Shown piece by piece: positions 9,928 to 19,633 of a stretch of 64,000 nt of DNA. This DNA comes from Candidatus Melainabacteria bacterium 17Bon1m. Lineage in GTDB: Bacteria > Cyanobacteriota > Vampirovibrionia > Obscuribacterales > Obscuribacteraceae. The first letter of the stretch is position 1, and the number at the start of each line of letters is the position of its first letter. The translations under genes and the position numbers were made by a program. The DNA is taken from assembly GCA_032128875.1 (NCBI GenBank), contig JAVLKG010000004.1:704405-768404 (forward strand), given 5' to 3'. The notes under the pieces are model-generated. The model saw only the letters and a list, made by a program, of their open reading frames with translations, was not told the DNA's origin and did no database searches.

Positions 9928-12078
9928 CTACAGGTCTTTTCGCCAATCCCAGTCGGTAAGGCCATTCTTAGAATCGCGCTTCTGTGTCTTAACTTGCAAA
10001 TTAGGAAGCTCACTGACGAGTTTTCTAACCTCTTCAGCCGGCCAATTCTCTTTGCTTATACTTAAGACCTTAAGATTCGGCATCTGCTTCAATGTTTCTT
10101 TCAAAGCAGGCGTAACGCCAGTTGCTGACACATTCAAAACAATCAGATTCTTGAATTGCTTAATGCTCGCATTGGTTATCTTGGGATTCAAATCAACAGT
10201 CAGATAGCGTAAATTGTTGATTTTTGACAACTGAGCCATATCTGCATCGTTTAGATCGCCCCCAGCAAGATTGAGTATTAATAAGCGTTTGCTGGTCGTC
10301 AATTGAGGTATCAGTGTTCTTGCGCCGCTGACATTCTTTAATCCGAGATAGGTAAACTCCGGGAAATTTTTTAAAGAACGTACGGACGCAGATGTAATTT
10401 TGGTATCGGATACATCTATGGAATCAAGCTTGGGAAGGTCTTTTATGAAGGCCATACCTTTGTCAGTCGCAGGTGTTCCGAAAATGAAGATCTCTTTCAG
10501 ACCTTTGATTTCACCAGCATGCACGAGACTGGTATCGAAAACAAAATTGAAGTCTTCCAGTTTTTCTGACAAATCATTCGTAATATGCAGATGATTTAGA
10601 TCTGCGGATTGAAAACCTTTGAGCAGATGAGGGTATGTGTAAAGCCTGCTAGAAGGTACTTGCAGATACGTTTCAGCTTGGAGCGGCACGCGAATGGCGC
10701 CTTGAGCCGCGACCGGCTCAGAGACTTTGATGGAGGAATGTGTGTATTTGAACATCCCAATGTCGAACGACTTCGGAAATTTATAAATCTTTGAGGGATC
10801 GCTGGTAGCATTCTCGACAATTAAGTAGCGCGAGTGTCCAACGTTTAGTGCTTCCTCGTAATTGAGTTTGGAGCTCTCAGAGATTTGGACCGGAGCCGGC
10901 TTTGCGTCTACAGAAGGTTTTTGCTTTGTTCCGCTCAACGAACCTAGTGCAATACCTGCGATCAGGCATCCGAAGCAGGCAGCCGCAATAAAATACGGCG
11001 TCTTGCCCTTCTTCTCGCTGACATGAGGAGCTGCACTCATGGACAAAACCGGAATGTCTTTTACGGTTCGGCTATGTGCATTGGTGCTAATTCTGGCGGT
11101 CCCCGCCTCTGCTAATTCTTGTTTGAAATTTGCTAAGTCCAGTGCCAGGTCCTGAAAGCTTTGATACCTACTGTTTGGATCCTTGGTCAACGCTTTTGCA
11201 ACAATCGCCTCCAGAGCGCTAGGAAATTCTCTGCCCATGGACGCTTCTCTCATGCTGGCCGGCATGGTCGTTTGGTGTTTCATCATCAGATTGAGGGCCG
11301 TGTCACCATGAAATGGAGGCGCACCAGTGAGTGTTTCGTACATGACACAACCGAGCGAATAAATGTCGGAGCGGTGATCGACTTTCACACCAGTGCACTG
11401 CTCAGGGCTCATGTAGAGCGGAGTTCCAAACACCTCTCCTGTACGCGTAAGTGTCATGGAGTGTGCATCTTCATTCTCAGACATCTTCGCGATGCCAAAG
11501 TCCACCACTTTCGGGGTGTAGCCACTGGGATCTTTCTGATTGATCGCAAGCATGATATTTCCTGGCTTAATGTCGCGGTGGATCACCCCCTGCTCGTGTG
11601 CGTAATTAAGTCCAAAACAAATTGGGATGAAGATATTCAGTACTTCTGCGATTGAAAGAGTGCCAACAATTCGGGCATACTGCGACAAATTCTGCCCTTC
11701 AACAAGATCCATAACGAAGAAAGGCTGCTGGTTTTCGAGCACACCAAAATCATGTGCCTTTACTAAATTGGGATGATTCAGTTTGCTGGCGGCTTGAGCT
11801 TCTTTGTGAAAACGACGCATCGCAACGTCAGTGAAAGCTTGCCCGTGCAAAGTCTTCAGGGCGAACATCTGCCGCAGAAAAATCTGCTCGACTTTGTAAA
11901 CGGCACCCATGCCGCCATGTCCAATCACAGACACGACTTTATATCGATCACTGATTACCTGCCCAATCTTGAGCAGCTCGTTCTTCGCAGAAGCAGCCCC
12001 TGATTCCGTTATGAGTGTCTTAGGCAAATCGACTCTGGGTAGACCATGCCTGGGAGTTTGTGAACCGGAGGTATCCAT
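9928..12078 (-). CDS. Hanks-type Ser/Thr protein kinase with TM helix and C-terminal LRRs
   Basis: IGHGGMG, HRDIKPGN, DFG, GTPLYMSPE; TM YFIAAACFGCLIAGIALGSL; LRRs LDSIDVSDTKIT, LLILNLAG, LIVLNVSATGVT. Confidence 0.95.
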   Translation of the reverse strand: MDTSGSQTPRHGLPRVDLPKTLITESGAASAKNELLKIGQVISDRYKVVSVIGHGGMGAVYKVEQIFLRQMFALKTLHGQAFTDVAMRRFHKEAQAASKLNHPNLVKAHDFGVLENQQPFFVMDLVEGQNLSQYARIVGTLSIAEVLNIFIPICFGLNYAHEQGVIHRDIKPGNIMLAINQKDPSGYTPKVVDFGIAKMSENEDAHSMTLTRTGEVFGTPLYMSPEQCTGVKVDHRSDIYSLGCVMYETLTGAPPFHGDTALNLMMKHQTTMPASMREASMGREFPSALEAIVAKALTKDPNSRYQSFQDLALDLANFKQELAEAGTARISTNAHSRTVKDIPVLSMSAAPHVSEKKGKTPYFIAAACFGCLIAGIALGSLSGTKQKPSVDAKPAPVQISESSKLNYEEALNVGHSRYLIVENATSDPSKIYKFPKSFDIGMFKYTHSSIKVSEPVAAQGAIRVPLQAETYLQVPSSRLYTYPHLLKGFQSADLNHLHITNDLSEKLEDFNFVFDTSLVHAGEIKGLKEIFIFGTPATDKGMAFIKDLPKLDSIDVSDTKITSASVRSLKNFPEFTYLGLKNVSGARTLIPQLTTSKRLLILNLAGGDLNDADMAQLSKINNLRYLTVDLNPKITNASIKQFKNLIVLNVSATGVTPALKETLKQMPNLKVLSISKENWPAEEVRKLVSELPNLQVKTQKRDSKNGLTDWDWRKDL

Positions 12079-12412
12079 AACGTCTTTTCTAGGAAGCTGA
12101 AATATGCACTCTTTAAGAGACTATAGCTCTTTCTGAACAAAGTTGAGATCACGATCACGCGGTAAAATTGGACAAAAATTTGCAAATATAGCCCCCTGAA
12201 GTATTCCCAGGATTTTCTTGCGAATCCCGGGTTGAATATATGTCGAATATCAATGTCATATAAAGTCAATATCGCGCCTGTATGCTTTCGCAATCCGCCA
12301 ACCAAAAGTTCCATCAAACAGAAAACAATTAGTGACACCACAGGTAGTTAACTCCAATGTGCCATCACTAATGGTGCACACTTTTCCTTTTTAATTAGCT
12401 ACAATAGTGAGT

Positions 12413-12943
12413 ATGGAACTTAATCGCGCCACAGAAATTGCCACTACTCTAATGAGCATTCACGGTCTTTCAGACTGGATGTTTCGACTCAACAAGAGCA
12501 AGCGTTGCCTTGGTGTTTGCAAGGCTGGAGAGCGAACAATCGAACTTTCCACCGCTTATGTTTTTCAAAATTCAGAAGAGCATGTCCGCGACACGATACT
12601 GCATGAAATAGCCCATGCACTAGTTGGAATTCGGCACGGACACGACAATGTCTGGAAAGAAATGTGCTTACTCCTCGGATGCCAGCCAAAAGCGTGCGAC
12701 AACACCGCGGTGTTGCCGGAAGGAGCGTGGCAAGCGCGCTGCCCTTCCTGCCTTACGTCATTCACCAGACATAGGCGTCCTGAGCAAATTGCTGGAATGT
12801 ACTGCCGCAAGTGTGGTCCCGAACGCGGCAAATTGCTATTTAAGAACTTGCGCAAAGGTGCGTTCAAACAAGTTGATCCGGTGCGCACTTCCAATCTCAA
12901 ACAGCCACGCCAACTAACGCTTCCGCTTGGAGCAGCGTTTTAA
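12413..12943 (+). CDS. SprT-like zinc metalloprotease with Zn ribbon
   Basis: R.LG.C, DTILHEIAHAL...HGH..W (HExxH), CPSC...CRKC. ATG at 12413 (track uses GTG 12407). Confidence 0.9.
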   Translation: MELNRATEIATTLMSIHGLSDWMFRLNKSKRCLGVCKAGERTIELSTAYVFQNSEEHVRDTILHEIAHALVGIRHGHDNVWKEMCLLLGCQPKACDNTAVLPEGAWQARCPSCLTSFTRHRRPEQIAGMYCRKCGPERGKLLFKNLRKGAFKQVDPVRTSNLKQPRQLTLPLGAAF

Positions 12944-12986
12944 AAACTACATTTATGGCTTGTCGTATTTCCAAAATTGCGGTTTT

Positions 12987-15170
12987 CTAGAAAGTTCGTC
13001 TTTCCATAAAACACATCTGGGAATTGATGCCTGCTTCGTGTACAGGAGCTCGCATGTAGGTTCCGTCCGGCAACATAATGCGAGCCTTTACGGTATCGCA
13101 AAGATAAGCATTCAGAACTTCGTCACGCAAATAACGCGAGTGCTTCTTATCTTCAATAGGGACAAGAACCTCAACACGGCGATCGAGATTTCGCGGCATC
13201 AAATCTGCGCTGCCGAAATAAATCTCTTCGTCACCGCCATTGCGGAAATAATAGATGCGGCTGTGCTCGAGGAAGCGACCGACAATACTGACGACGCGAA
13301 TGTTTTCACTTACGCCTTGGATGCCGGGCTTGAGACAGCAAACACCGCGAACGATCAAATCAATCTGCACACCAGCCTGGGAAGCTTCATACAAAAGCTT
13401 GATGATGCGCTCATCGACGAGTGCGTTGGTTTTGAAAATCAAATGGCCAGCTTTGCCATTTCTATGATTTTCGATCTCACGCCTGATCATACTTTCCATT
13501 CGATCACGCAAATTGATTGGAGCAACAATTAGTTTGCGATAGTCTTTTTTGCGTGAGTAACCAGTCAAATAATTGAACAAGTCAGCGACATCGGCACCCA
13601 ACTCTTCGTCCGCCGTGAGCAGCCCGAAATCAGTGTATAAGTGCGCAGTAACCGGGTTGTAGTTGCCTGTTCCAAAGTGAACATAACGCTTAATCCGATC
13701 GCCTTCTTTACGAACGACCAGTGCGACCTTCGCATGAACTTTCAGTCCGAGCAACCCATAAACAACGTGGACGCCCTGACGTTCCATCGCCTTTGCCCAC
13801 TCGATGTTACTCTTTTCGTCAAATCGCGCTTTCAGTTCTACAAGAACCGCCACCTGTTTTCCACGCTCAGGAGCTCGAATCAACGCATCTACGATAGGTG
13901 AATTATTGCCCACACGATAGAGCGTCATCTTCATCGCTTGTACGTTCGGGTCGCGTACAGACTGCGTCAAGAAGTTGACCACAGGCTGAAACGAATCATA
14001 CGGGTGATGAACCAGAACATCACGACGCTTGAGCACACTGAACAAGTCTTCATCCTGCGAATCAGGATTAAGGGCTTGAGGAATCGCCGGCAAGAAAGAT
14101 TGATATTTGAGATCGGGACGATCAAGAACGCATATGTATTTGAGCATGCTCAAAGGAAGGCGTCCTTCCACCCAGTAAATGTCGACGGGCTCGATTTCCA
14201 GATTGTCGACCAGAATTTCCAGTACCCGGTTCGGAATTCCCGGGTTGACTTCCAGACGGACAACATCGCCAAATCGTCTTTGGCGAATTCCTTCTTCTGT
14301 TGTTTCGAGCAGATCTCCTGCTTCCCATTCTTGAATTTCCATCTCAGCGTCTCTAGTGACGTGAAATGGGTGCGATTCCACGACTTCCATGCCTGGGAAA
14401 AGGAAGTCCAAATGAGCGCTGATGAGCTCATCCAACCAGATAAAAGTCTGTGTTTTGCTGGTCTGGAAATTTCGTCTCGACAGCGGTGAAGAAGGATCGT
14501 CGACACGAATCAGTTGAGGCAAGCTGTCCGGCACTTTGACTCTGGCAAATCTCTCTTCACCCAGATTGTCTTTGATAAGGACGGCGAGATTGAGACTGAG
14601 GTTGGAAATGTGCGGAAATGGGTGTCCGGGGTCATAACCAAGCGGCGTCAAAATCGGGAAGATATTCTGGTGAAAGTACTCACGTATCTTAGATTTCTGG
14701 TTTTCGTTGAGCTCGTTGTACTGAAGAATGCTGACACCGGCATCAAGCAATGCCGGAGTAAGCTCATTCTTGTAATAGCGGTGAGCCCGCTGCAAAAGTG
14801 CGGCGACTTCGAACCTGATCGTTTTGAGCTGGTCACTGGGTGTAAGCCCATCGATACCGACTGCCGCATTCCCAGCTTCAACCTGTCTCTTGAGACCTGC
14901 CACCCGGACCATGAAAAACTCATCCAGGTTCGAACCAACAATTGAAAGGAACCTGACTCGCTCCAGGAGGGGGTTGGTCGGATCCTTAGCCTCCTCGAGG
15001 ACCCTCGCCTGAAAGGAAAGCAGACTCAACTCCCGATTTACATACAGCTTGGGATCGTCAAGCGACGGCAGGGGGTTGGTATAGTCGATTTCTGGAAAGG
15101 ACCCGGTCGACAGCGAGGTGGACGGCGTCGGCTCGACATCGTTCTTATTTTGCAGGTTTTCTGTAGTCAT
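12987..15170 (-). CDS. ppk1: Polyphosphate kinase 1
   Basis: YVNRELSLL, SNLDEFFMVRVAGL, HPFPHISN, LKARFDE, LKVHAK, GTGNYN, GRFLEHSR, SADLMPRNLDRRVE. Confidence 0.98.
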   Translation of the reverse strand: MTTENLQNKNDVEPTPSTSLSTGSFPEIDYTNPLPSLDDPKLYVNRELSLLSFQARVLEEAKDPTNPLLERVRFLSIVGSNLDEFFMVRVAGLKRQVEAGNAAVGIDGLTPSDQLKTIRFEVAALLQRAHRYYKNELTPALLDAGVSILQYNELNENQKSKIREYFHQNIFPILTPLGYDPGHPFPHISNLSLNLAVLIKDNLGEERFARVKVPDSLPQLIRVDDPSSPLSRRNFQTSKTQTFIWLDELISAHLDFLFPGMEVVESHPFHVTRDAEMEIQEWEAGDLLETTEEGIRQRRFGDVVRLEVNPGIPNRVLEILVDNLEIEPVDIYWVEGRLPLSMLKYICVLDRPDLKYQSFLPAIPQALNPDSQDEDLFSVLKRRDVLVHHPYDSFQPVVNFLTQSVRDPNVQAMKMTLYRVGNNSPIVDALIRAPERGKQVAVLVELKARFDEKSNIEWAKAMERQGVHVVYGLLGLKVHAKVALVVRKEGDRIKRYVHFGTGNYNPVTAHLYTDFGLLTADEELGADVADLFNYLTGYSRKKDYRKLIVAPINLRDRMESMIRREIENHRNGKAGHLIFKTNALVDERIIKLLYEASQAGVQIDLIVRGVCCLKPGIQGVSENIRVVSIVGRFLEHSRIYYFRNGGDEEIYFGSADLMPRNLDRRVEVLVPIEDKKHSRYLRDEVLNAYLCDTVKARIMLPDGTYMRAPVHEAGINSQMCFMERRTF

Positions 15171-15393
15171 TCCTAAATTGTACGGGATCTACGGCTGGAC
15201 CCGGATTATTTCGTCTTGACTATTCTTAGCAAAGTGCCGTTCTAGCACCCGGAAACCTGGTGCCGCTTTACAATGGAATTAGCCCAGGGCTCCTTTCTAC
15301 GTACGGTTTAGCGTTTGTACCGGTGGAAAGTTCGAAAACAAACCTGAGAATGTAGACAACCAAAGATTGAGAGGACTAAGAGTCCTCTAATCG

Positions 15394-15427
15394 CCCGGCT
15401 TCGCTCCTTGAAGCCGGGTTTGTCTTT
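15394..15427 (+). terminator. Intrinsic terminator-like hairpin
   Basis: CCCGGCTTC-7nt-GAAGCCGGG (perfect 9 bp) followed by TTTGTCTTT; a second hairpin AGAGGACT/AGTCCTCT lies at 15370-15388. Confidence 0.55.
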
Positions 15428-15466
15428 GGAAGTTGCTGGAAGCCCATTCTGCAGCGTCACTGGAGC

Positions 15467-16150
15467 CTATTGCTCCGAAATTTCGTACTGAAAAGCACCA
15501 CCTTGTCCGGAATTCGGAATAGCTTTAACCAAAGCACGAGCGCGACTGCGAGTTTTTTCGATGATACGAGCGTTAGGTAGATCGGTCGACTCAACCTTGG
15601 CAATTGCAGCATCTAAAGAGCGTCCTCCTTCGACGTGCCGCTCGATCAGACGCGGGCGGACGGTCTCAATTGAGGCATCTAAAAACCATGAATCGTCCAG
15701 TAATTCAACTATTTCCCGCCATTTGTCCTGGTCGAGAAGCAGATAATTTCCCTCAGTCACAATCACTTTGACATCGGGATCGATTCGCAAGGCATGGGGT
15801 ATCGAGCCGTCAATTGAGCGATCAAAAGCTGGGGCGAACAAAGTTTGGGGAGGGGTGATGCGGACTTTCTTCAGGAGTTCGATAAATCCAACTGGATCGA
15901 AGGTATCCGGAATTCCTTTGAGTGAACGCAATCCGAGAAGATCCAGAGACTCGTTCGGCAGATGATATCCATCCATTGGAACAATCTGAGCCCTCTGCCC
16001 AACCGGCAGCACTTGATTGAGCGCATCGACTAATCCCCCTGAAAGGGTAGATTTGCCCGCACCAGGAAATCCGACAATCCCAACCACGAATCTATTATCA
16101 GCAGGTACTCGGGACAACCCGGCCAATACACGCTTTGTCAGCTGCTCCAA
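15467..16150 (-). CDS. P-loop nucleoside/pantothenate kinase-like protein (YggC/FrcK type)
   Basis: GIVGFPGAGKST, VPMDGYH, KGIPDTFD, P.FDR, VTEGNYLL, RLIERH. Confidence 0.88.
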   Translation of the reverse strand: MEQLTKRVLAGLSRVPADNRFVVGIVGFPGAGKSTLSGGLVDALNQVLPVGQRAQIVPMDGYHLPNESLDLLGLRSLKGIPDTFDPVGFIELLKKVRITPPQTLFAPAFDRSIDGSIPHALRIDPDVKVIVTEGNYLLLDQDKWREIVELLDDSWFLDASIETVRPRLIERHVEGGRSLDAAIAKVESTDLPNARIIEKTRSRARALVKAIPNSGQGGAFQYEISEQ

Positions 16151-16320
16151 ATCATTTTCTCCTGTGTCTGATTGCGGACTAAAGTGCGAAAAGTGGTATA
16201 CACAAATTATGGCGGTTTCCCTGAGCTCGTTTGAATTCGAAAGACAACTCGAGACGGTTGGCTTTTTGCGCTTACGCGTTTGAGGGTACGGTATTTAAAG
16301 CACCTTGAGGTAACTCAACA

Positions 16321-18465
16321 GTGAATGCCCCAGAGGAAAATACTGGGCAAGAGGTTCTTGGATCTATAGGCTTGTTGGTTGATCGTCTCAACCAGCAGGT
16401 GCTAGGAACCGTTTGGCTGGCTGATAATACCAAAGCAATCACATGCGCGCATCTCGTCGTCCCTTATGCAAGCTTTCCGGAAGTTCTGCAAGTAAACTTC
16501 CCGGCCACAGGAATCACATGTGGTGTCAAAGAAATGGAATTCCATCCGGACTTCGACCGATGGATGGCAAAACGTTTTGCAGGTCAGTCTCAGTTAATTC
16601 CTGCGTTCGAACTTATCGCGCAGGCGCAGAATGTCGCCGCAATCAAACTCGTAAGTTCGCTCAAACCGCTCGAGCGCGATGCTCTTCCTCGTCTGAGTGC
16701 CGCTCTCGTCCTGCCACCACCACAGGGAGAAACAGTCGTCTCCGGTCAAGCCGGAAGACTGGAATTGACTTCTGTTTTGCAAACACTGGTCAACGCGAGA
16801 AATTTCGGCACCTTGGTTTTGCTGGATGATCGCAATCGCATTGTCGCTCGTCTTTTCCTGGAAGATGGAAAAATGACGCATGCTCAATTTCGTAATTCAA
16901 AAAACGAAGAAGCGATTTACCGTCTTATCACCTCCTCTGATTTTGAAAAATTCCAGTTCTACTTTACTCCGCAGACTCAGACGGAGGCTCAGTGGTGCAC
17001 TTTTCCGCCAATCGAAAAAAACACTACTTTCCTTTTAATGGAAGCATATCGGCGCATGGAAGAGCTCAACCAGATGGTCGAGCAAGCCGGCGGATTAGAC
17101 ATGGTGGCTGTTAGACGAGCAGAAAACATCAACTTCGACTTACTGCCGGAAGATTGGCGACCGCTTTCTGCTTACGTATGGAATTGCGTCAATCCGGAAA
17201 TGTCGCTCGGCTGTCTCACTCGCTCCCTGAGCCTCGATGCGTACAGCGTAATTGGTGCGTTGCAAGTGCTTTGTGGAAGTGGGCAAATTGCCCTTGAAAA
17301 AAGACAACCCGCTACTGCTGGTTCAACCCTTCCTCTGGAAATGGCTACTGATACTCATCTGGCTGCCGGCGATGACCTGTATGCACTGGGAATAGATCCG
17401 CGCACCAATCTGCCGGTGATAATGCGTGGCTTCGTTGTCGAAGAATTTTGGCAAGGATTTGACCAGCATCAGGTGTCGTCAATCTCGCTGCCACTAGAGT
17501 TGGCAGGTGCACCGCTAGTGAAAGACGGAGCCGTGGTGGGAATTCACTGCGGTCCTCTAGTTCAGGAATTCGGGCATTATGGCGAAGGCTTCGAACCTCA
17601 ACTTTTGGTATCTGTTCAAGCCGCTCAAACATGCTTGGGACTGAACACACCACAAACAATCGCGCACTCAGGATCATATCCTCCGGTAAAGGACAGCGCG
17701 GTGACGGCCAATGTTGGTCAGAACACCGGCGAGCATACAGTTGAAACCGATAGGTTCGCCACATCTACATCAGGAAGTCATACCGCTATAAATGCCCGAG
17801 AACGAATGGAAACACGCGAAATCAATGCGCCCATGCAAGCGTTCACTTCGTTATTCGGCACTATCAAAGGTGCAGTTGATGGATTCAAGAAAGTTCCGCC
17901 ACCACCACCCGGACAATTCTTACAAGCGCAATTGTTGAGACAAGCAATCTCCTCAAATAAATTCAGCAAAGTCGCCGACAACACTGAATTTCAAAATGGC
18001 GACATGGTGCGCTTTGAAGTCAAAGCATTCGAAGACTGTTTTATTTACGTCTTGGTCAAGTCGGCTTCGGCAACTCAACCGCCTCGCTTAGTCTATCCGT
18101 ACAGCCAGCAAGATGACGTCTCTATCAGTAAAGGCTCAGCAGTGACGATTCCCGAAAGAAGTGCTCCCCGCGCGGGACAAGGCAAGCAATCCCTATCAGG
18201 AGTGATGATCCCCGGGGTTCAAGGGATAGAAGAAGTCTATCTTCTGGCGTCGCGCCATTCGCTTTACGAAGTATTCAACACCGCAAATATAGAACAGATC
18301 GTCACCGACAATTTGTCGGGGGTTTGCGCAGAAGTGAATCATGGGCTCGCAATTACTCGCCCAGCAGGAGCCATTTTCCATGGTGTTGTGAGCGAAACAC
18401 AAATATTTGATCCGATGGAAAAAATCAACGTCCTAGTGCTTAGACTTTCACATCAAAGACCGTAA
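16321..18465 (+). CDS. Multidomain protein: trypsin-like half / DUF4388 (PATAN)-wHTH / trypsin-like half / DUF4384
   Basis: AITCAHLV and FHPDF (trypsin barrel 1); SG.....LTSVLQTL.....GTLVL......LFLEDGKMTHA (DUF4388); AGAPLVKDGAVVGI (trypsin barrel 2); FQNGDMVRFEV....FIYVL...LVYP (DUF4384). Confidence 0.7.
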   Translation: MNAPEENTGQEVLGSIGLLVDRLNQQVLGTVWLADNTKAITCAHLVVPYASFPEVLQVNFPATGITCGVKEMEFHPDFDRWMAKRFAGQSQLIPAFELIAQAQNVAAIKLVSSLKPLERDALPRLSAALVLPPPQGETVVSGQAGRLELTSVLQTLVNARNFGTLVLLDDRNRIVARLFLEDGKMTHAQFRNSKNEEAIYRLITSSDFEKFQFYFTPQTQTEAQWCTFPPIEKNTTFLLMEAYRRMEELNQMVEQAGGLDMVAVRRAENINFDLLPEDWRPLSAYVWNCVNPEMSLGCLTRSLSLDAYSVIGALQVLCGSGQIALEKRQPATAGSTLPLEMATDTHLAAGDDLYALGIDPRTNLPVIMRGFVVEEFWQGFDQHQVSSISLPLELAGAPLVKDGAVVGIHCGPLVQEFGHYGEGFEPQLLVSVQAAQTCLGLNTPQTIAHSGSYPPVKDSAVTANVGQNTGEHTVETDRFATSTSGSHTAINARERMETREINAPMQAFTSLFGTIKGAVDGFKKVPPPPPGQFLQAQLLRQAISSNKFSKVADNTEFQNGDMVRFEVKAFEDCFIYVLVKSASATQPPRLVYPYSQQDDVSISKGSAVTIPERSAPRAGQGKQSLSGVMIPGVQGIEEVYLLASRHSLYEVFNTANIEQIVTDNLSGVCAEVNHGLAITRPAGAIFHGVVSETQIFDPMEKINVLVLRLSHQRP

Positions 18466-19250
18466 GTAAGGATTGCATTTCTCATAGCGCCCTCTGCCAT
18501 TCGCAATGCCTTCTTGCTGAGAGGCTTCGAAGTTTTGGCGCTATTTGACCTTGTCGAAGTGCCGGTACCTTTCGAGGTCGGCGAAACGTTGGCGTCTTTT
18601 GATGTTGCAGAGCCTGTTCTTTCTACTCTTCCCTTGCCGCCAGTTCGCGAACGTTTTTTACTGCGACGCTTCCTGCGCGTGGTGCCTTCGCGCCAATTTT
18701 CGCGATTTTTCAAAGTTTCACGAACAATCGATTTGAGTTCACCAAGATCCATTGAGAAAGTAAGCGTTTCCCACAAAACACGTCTGCGACTCGTCCATAA
18801 TCCGGCAGAAAGTTTTCTCGCTTGCAAGATGCTCATCGCCTCTTCTTTCCATAGCAATTGGCAAATGGCAAATGGATCAACTTGCGGATTCAATCGGGGA
18901 GCCCAAATCTCGTCAACATATGGAACACCATTGCGTATTCCAGCGACCATAAGCCCCCACCAAGGAGGCACAATTTTCATTGCTTGCTCAACGTGATGTT
19001 CGTCGGCAACCAACGTCAATTTATCAAAAACCTTATTGTAGGCGTCTTGTTGTGATTGAAGGCGATTGAGATTATCTTCGGCACTTTTTATCTCATAGCC
19101 ATGCAGATAACCATTGACCACAGCTACGTCAATGCGAAATTTACCTTCAAAGATGCCCAACTCGTCAATTACCCGAGTGCTCGGATCGGCAGCGCAAATA
19201 CGCTTCATCTCAACTTCATGCAAAATTTTTCGTATGTCGGCGTCGTGCAT
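18453..19250 (-). CDS. sce7726-family PD-(D/E)xK nuclease-like protein with basic C-terminal tail
   Basis: D.DIR..L, VIDELG, RIDVAVVNG.LHGYEIKS..D.L.RL..Q...Y..VFD, P.WWGL, QLLWKEE. ATG at 19250 preferred over 19292. Confidence 0.8.
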   Translation of the reverse strand: MHDADIRKILHEVEMKRICAADPSTRVIDELGIFEGKFRIDVAVVNGYLHGYEIKSAEDNLNRLQSQQDAYNKVFDKLTLVADEHHVEQAMKIVPPWWGLMVAGIRNGVPYVDEIWAPRLNPQVDPFAICQLLWKEEAMSILQARKLSAGLWTSRRRVLWETLTFSMDLGELKSIVRETLKNRENWREGTTRRKRRSKKRSRTGGKGRVERTGSATSKDANVSPTSKGTGTSTRSNSAKTSKPLSKKALRMAEGAMRNAILTYGL

Positions 19251-19633
19251 GATTGTTTTTCGAATGCCACCAAATAAGGTGTATTTTAGCAAAGAAAAAA
19301 ACAGTCGAAGACTGAAAAGGAGAAGTAATCTTCCAGCCGCAAAATTACGCTAATTTTTCCTGGCTCGGTCACTTTACAAGCAGCATCAAGATAGCTAAAT
19401 ACAGCAAATTTCTCTAACTTCACTATATCCATAATATATGCACCAGAAAATCTGACTTCGGTGGCCGGCGTGTGCTTCGGGGGTCGCTCTCGCGCAGAAA
19501 GGCAAAAATCAATGAAATCTCGGCCGGAGATTCCCGTCTGGCTGCGCGCAAAATCAGTGGAAAGACCACTGGCGCGGGTATAGCAGTCGTAGGTGCCAAC
19601 AAAAACCGAAATGGTCGAAAAATTCCAGCCAAA

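Noticed and set aside
12927..14945. Long antisense ORFs (201, 183, 143 aa) opposite ppk1, and similar ones opposite the RND, lpxB and kinase genes
   Set aside because: Shadow frames of well-conserved genes with no motifs of their own.
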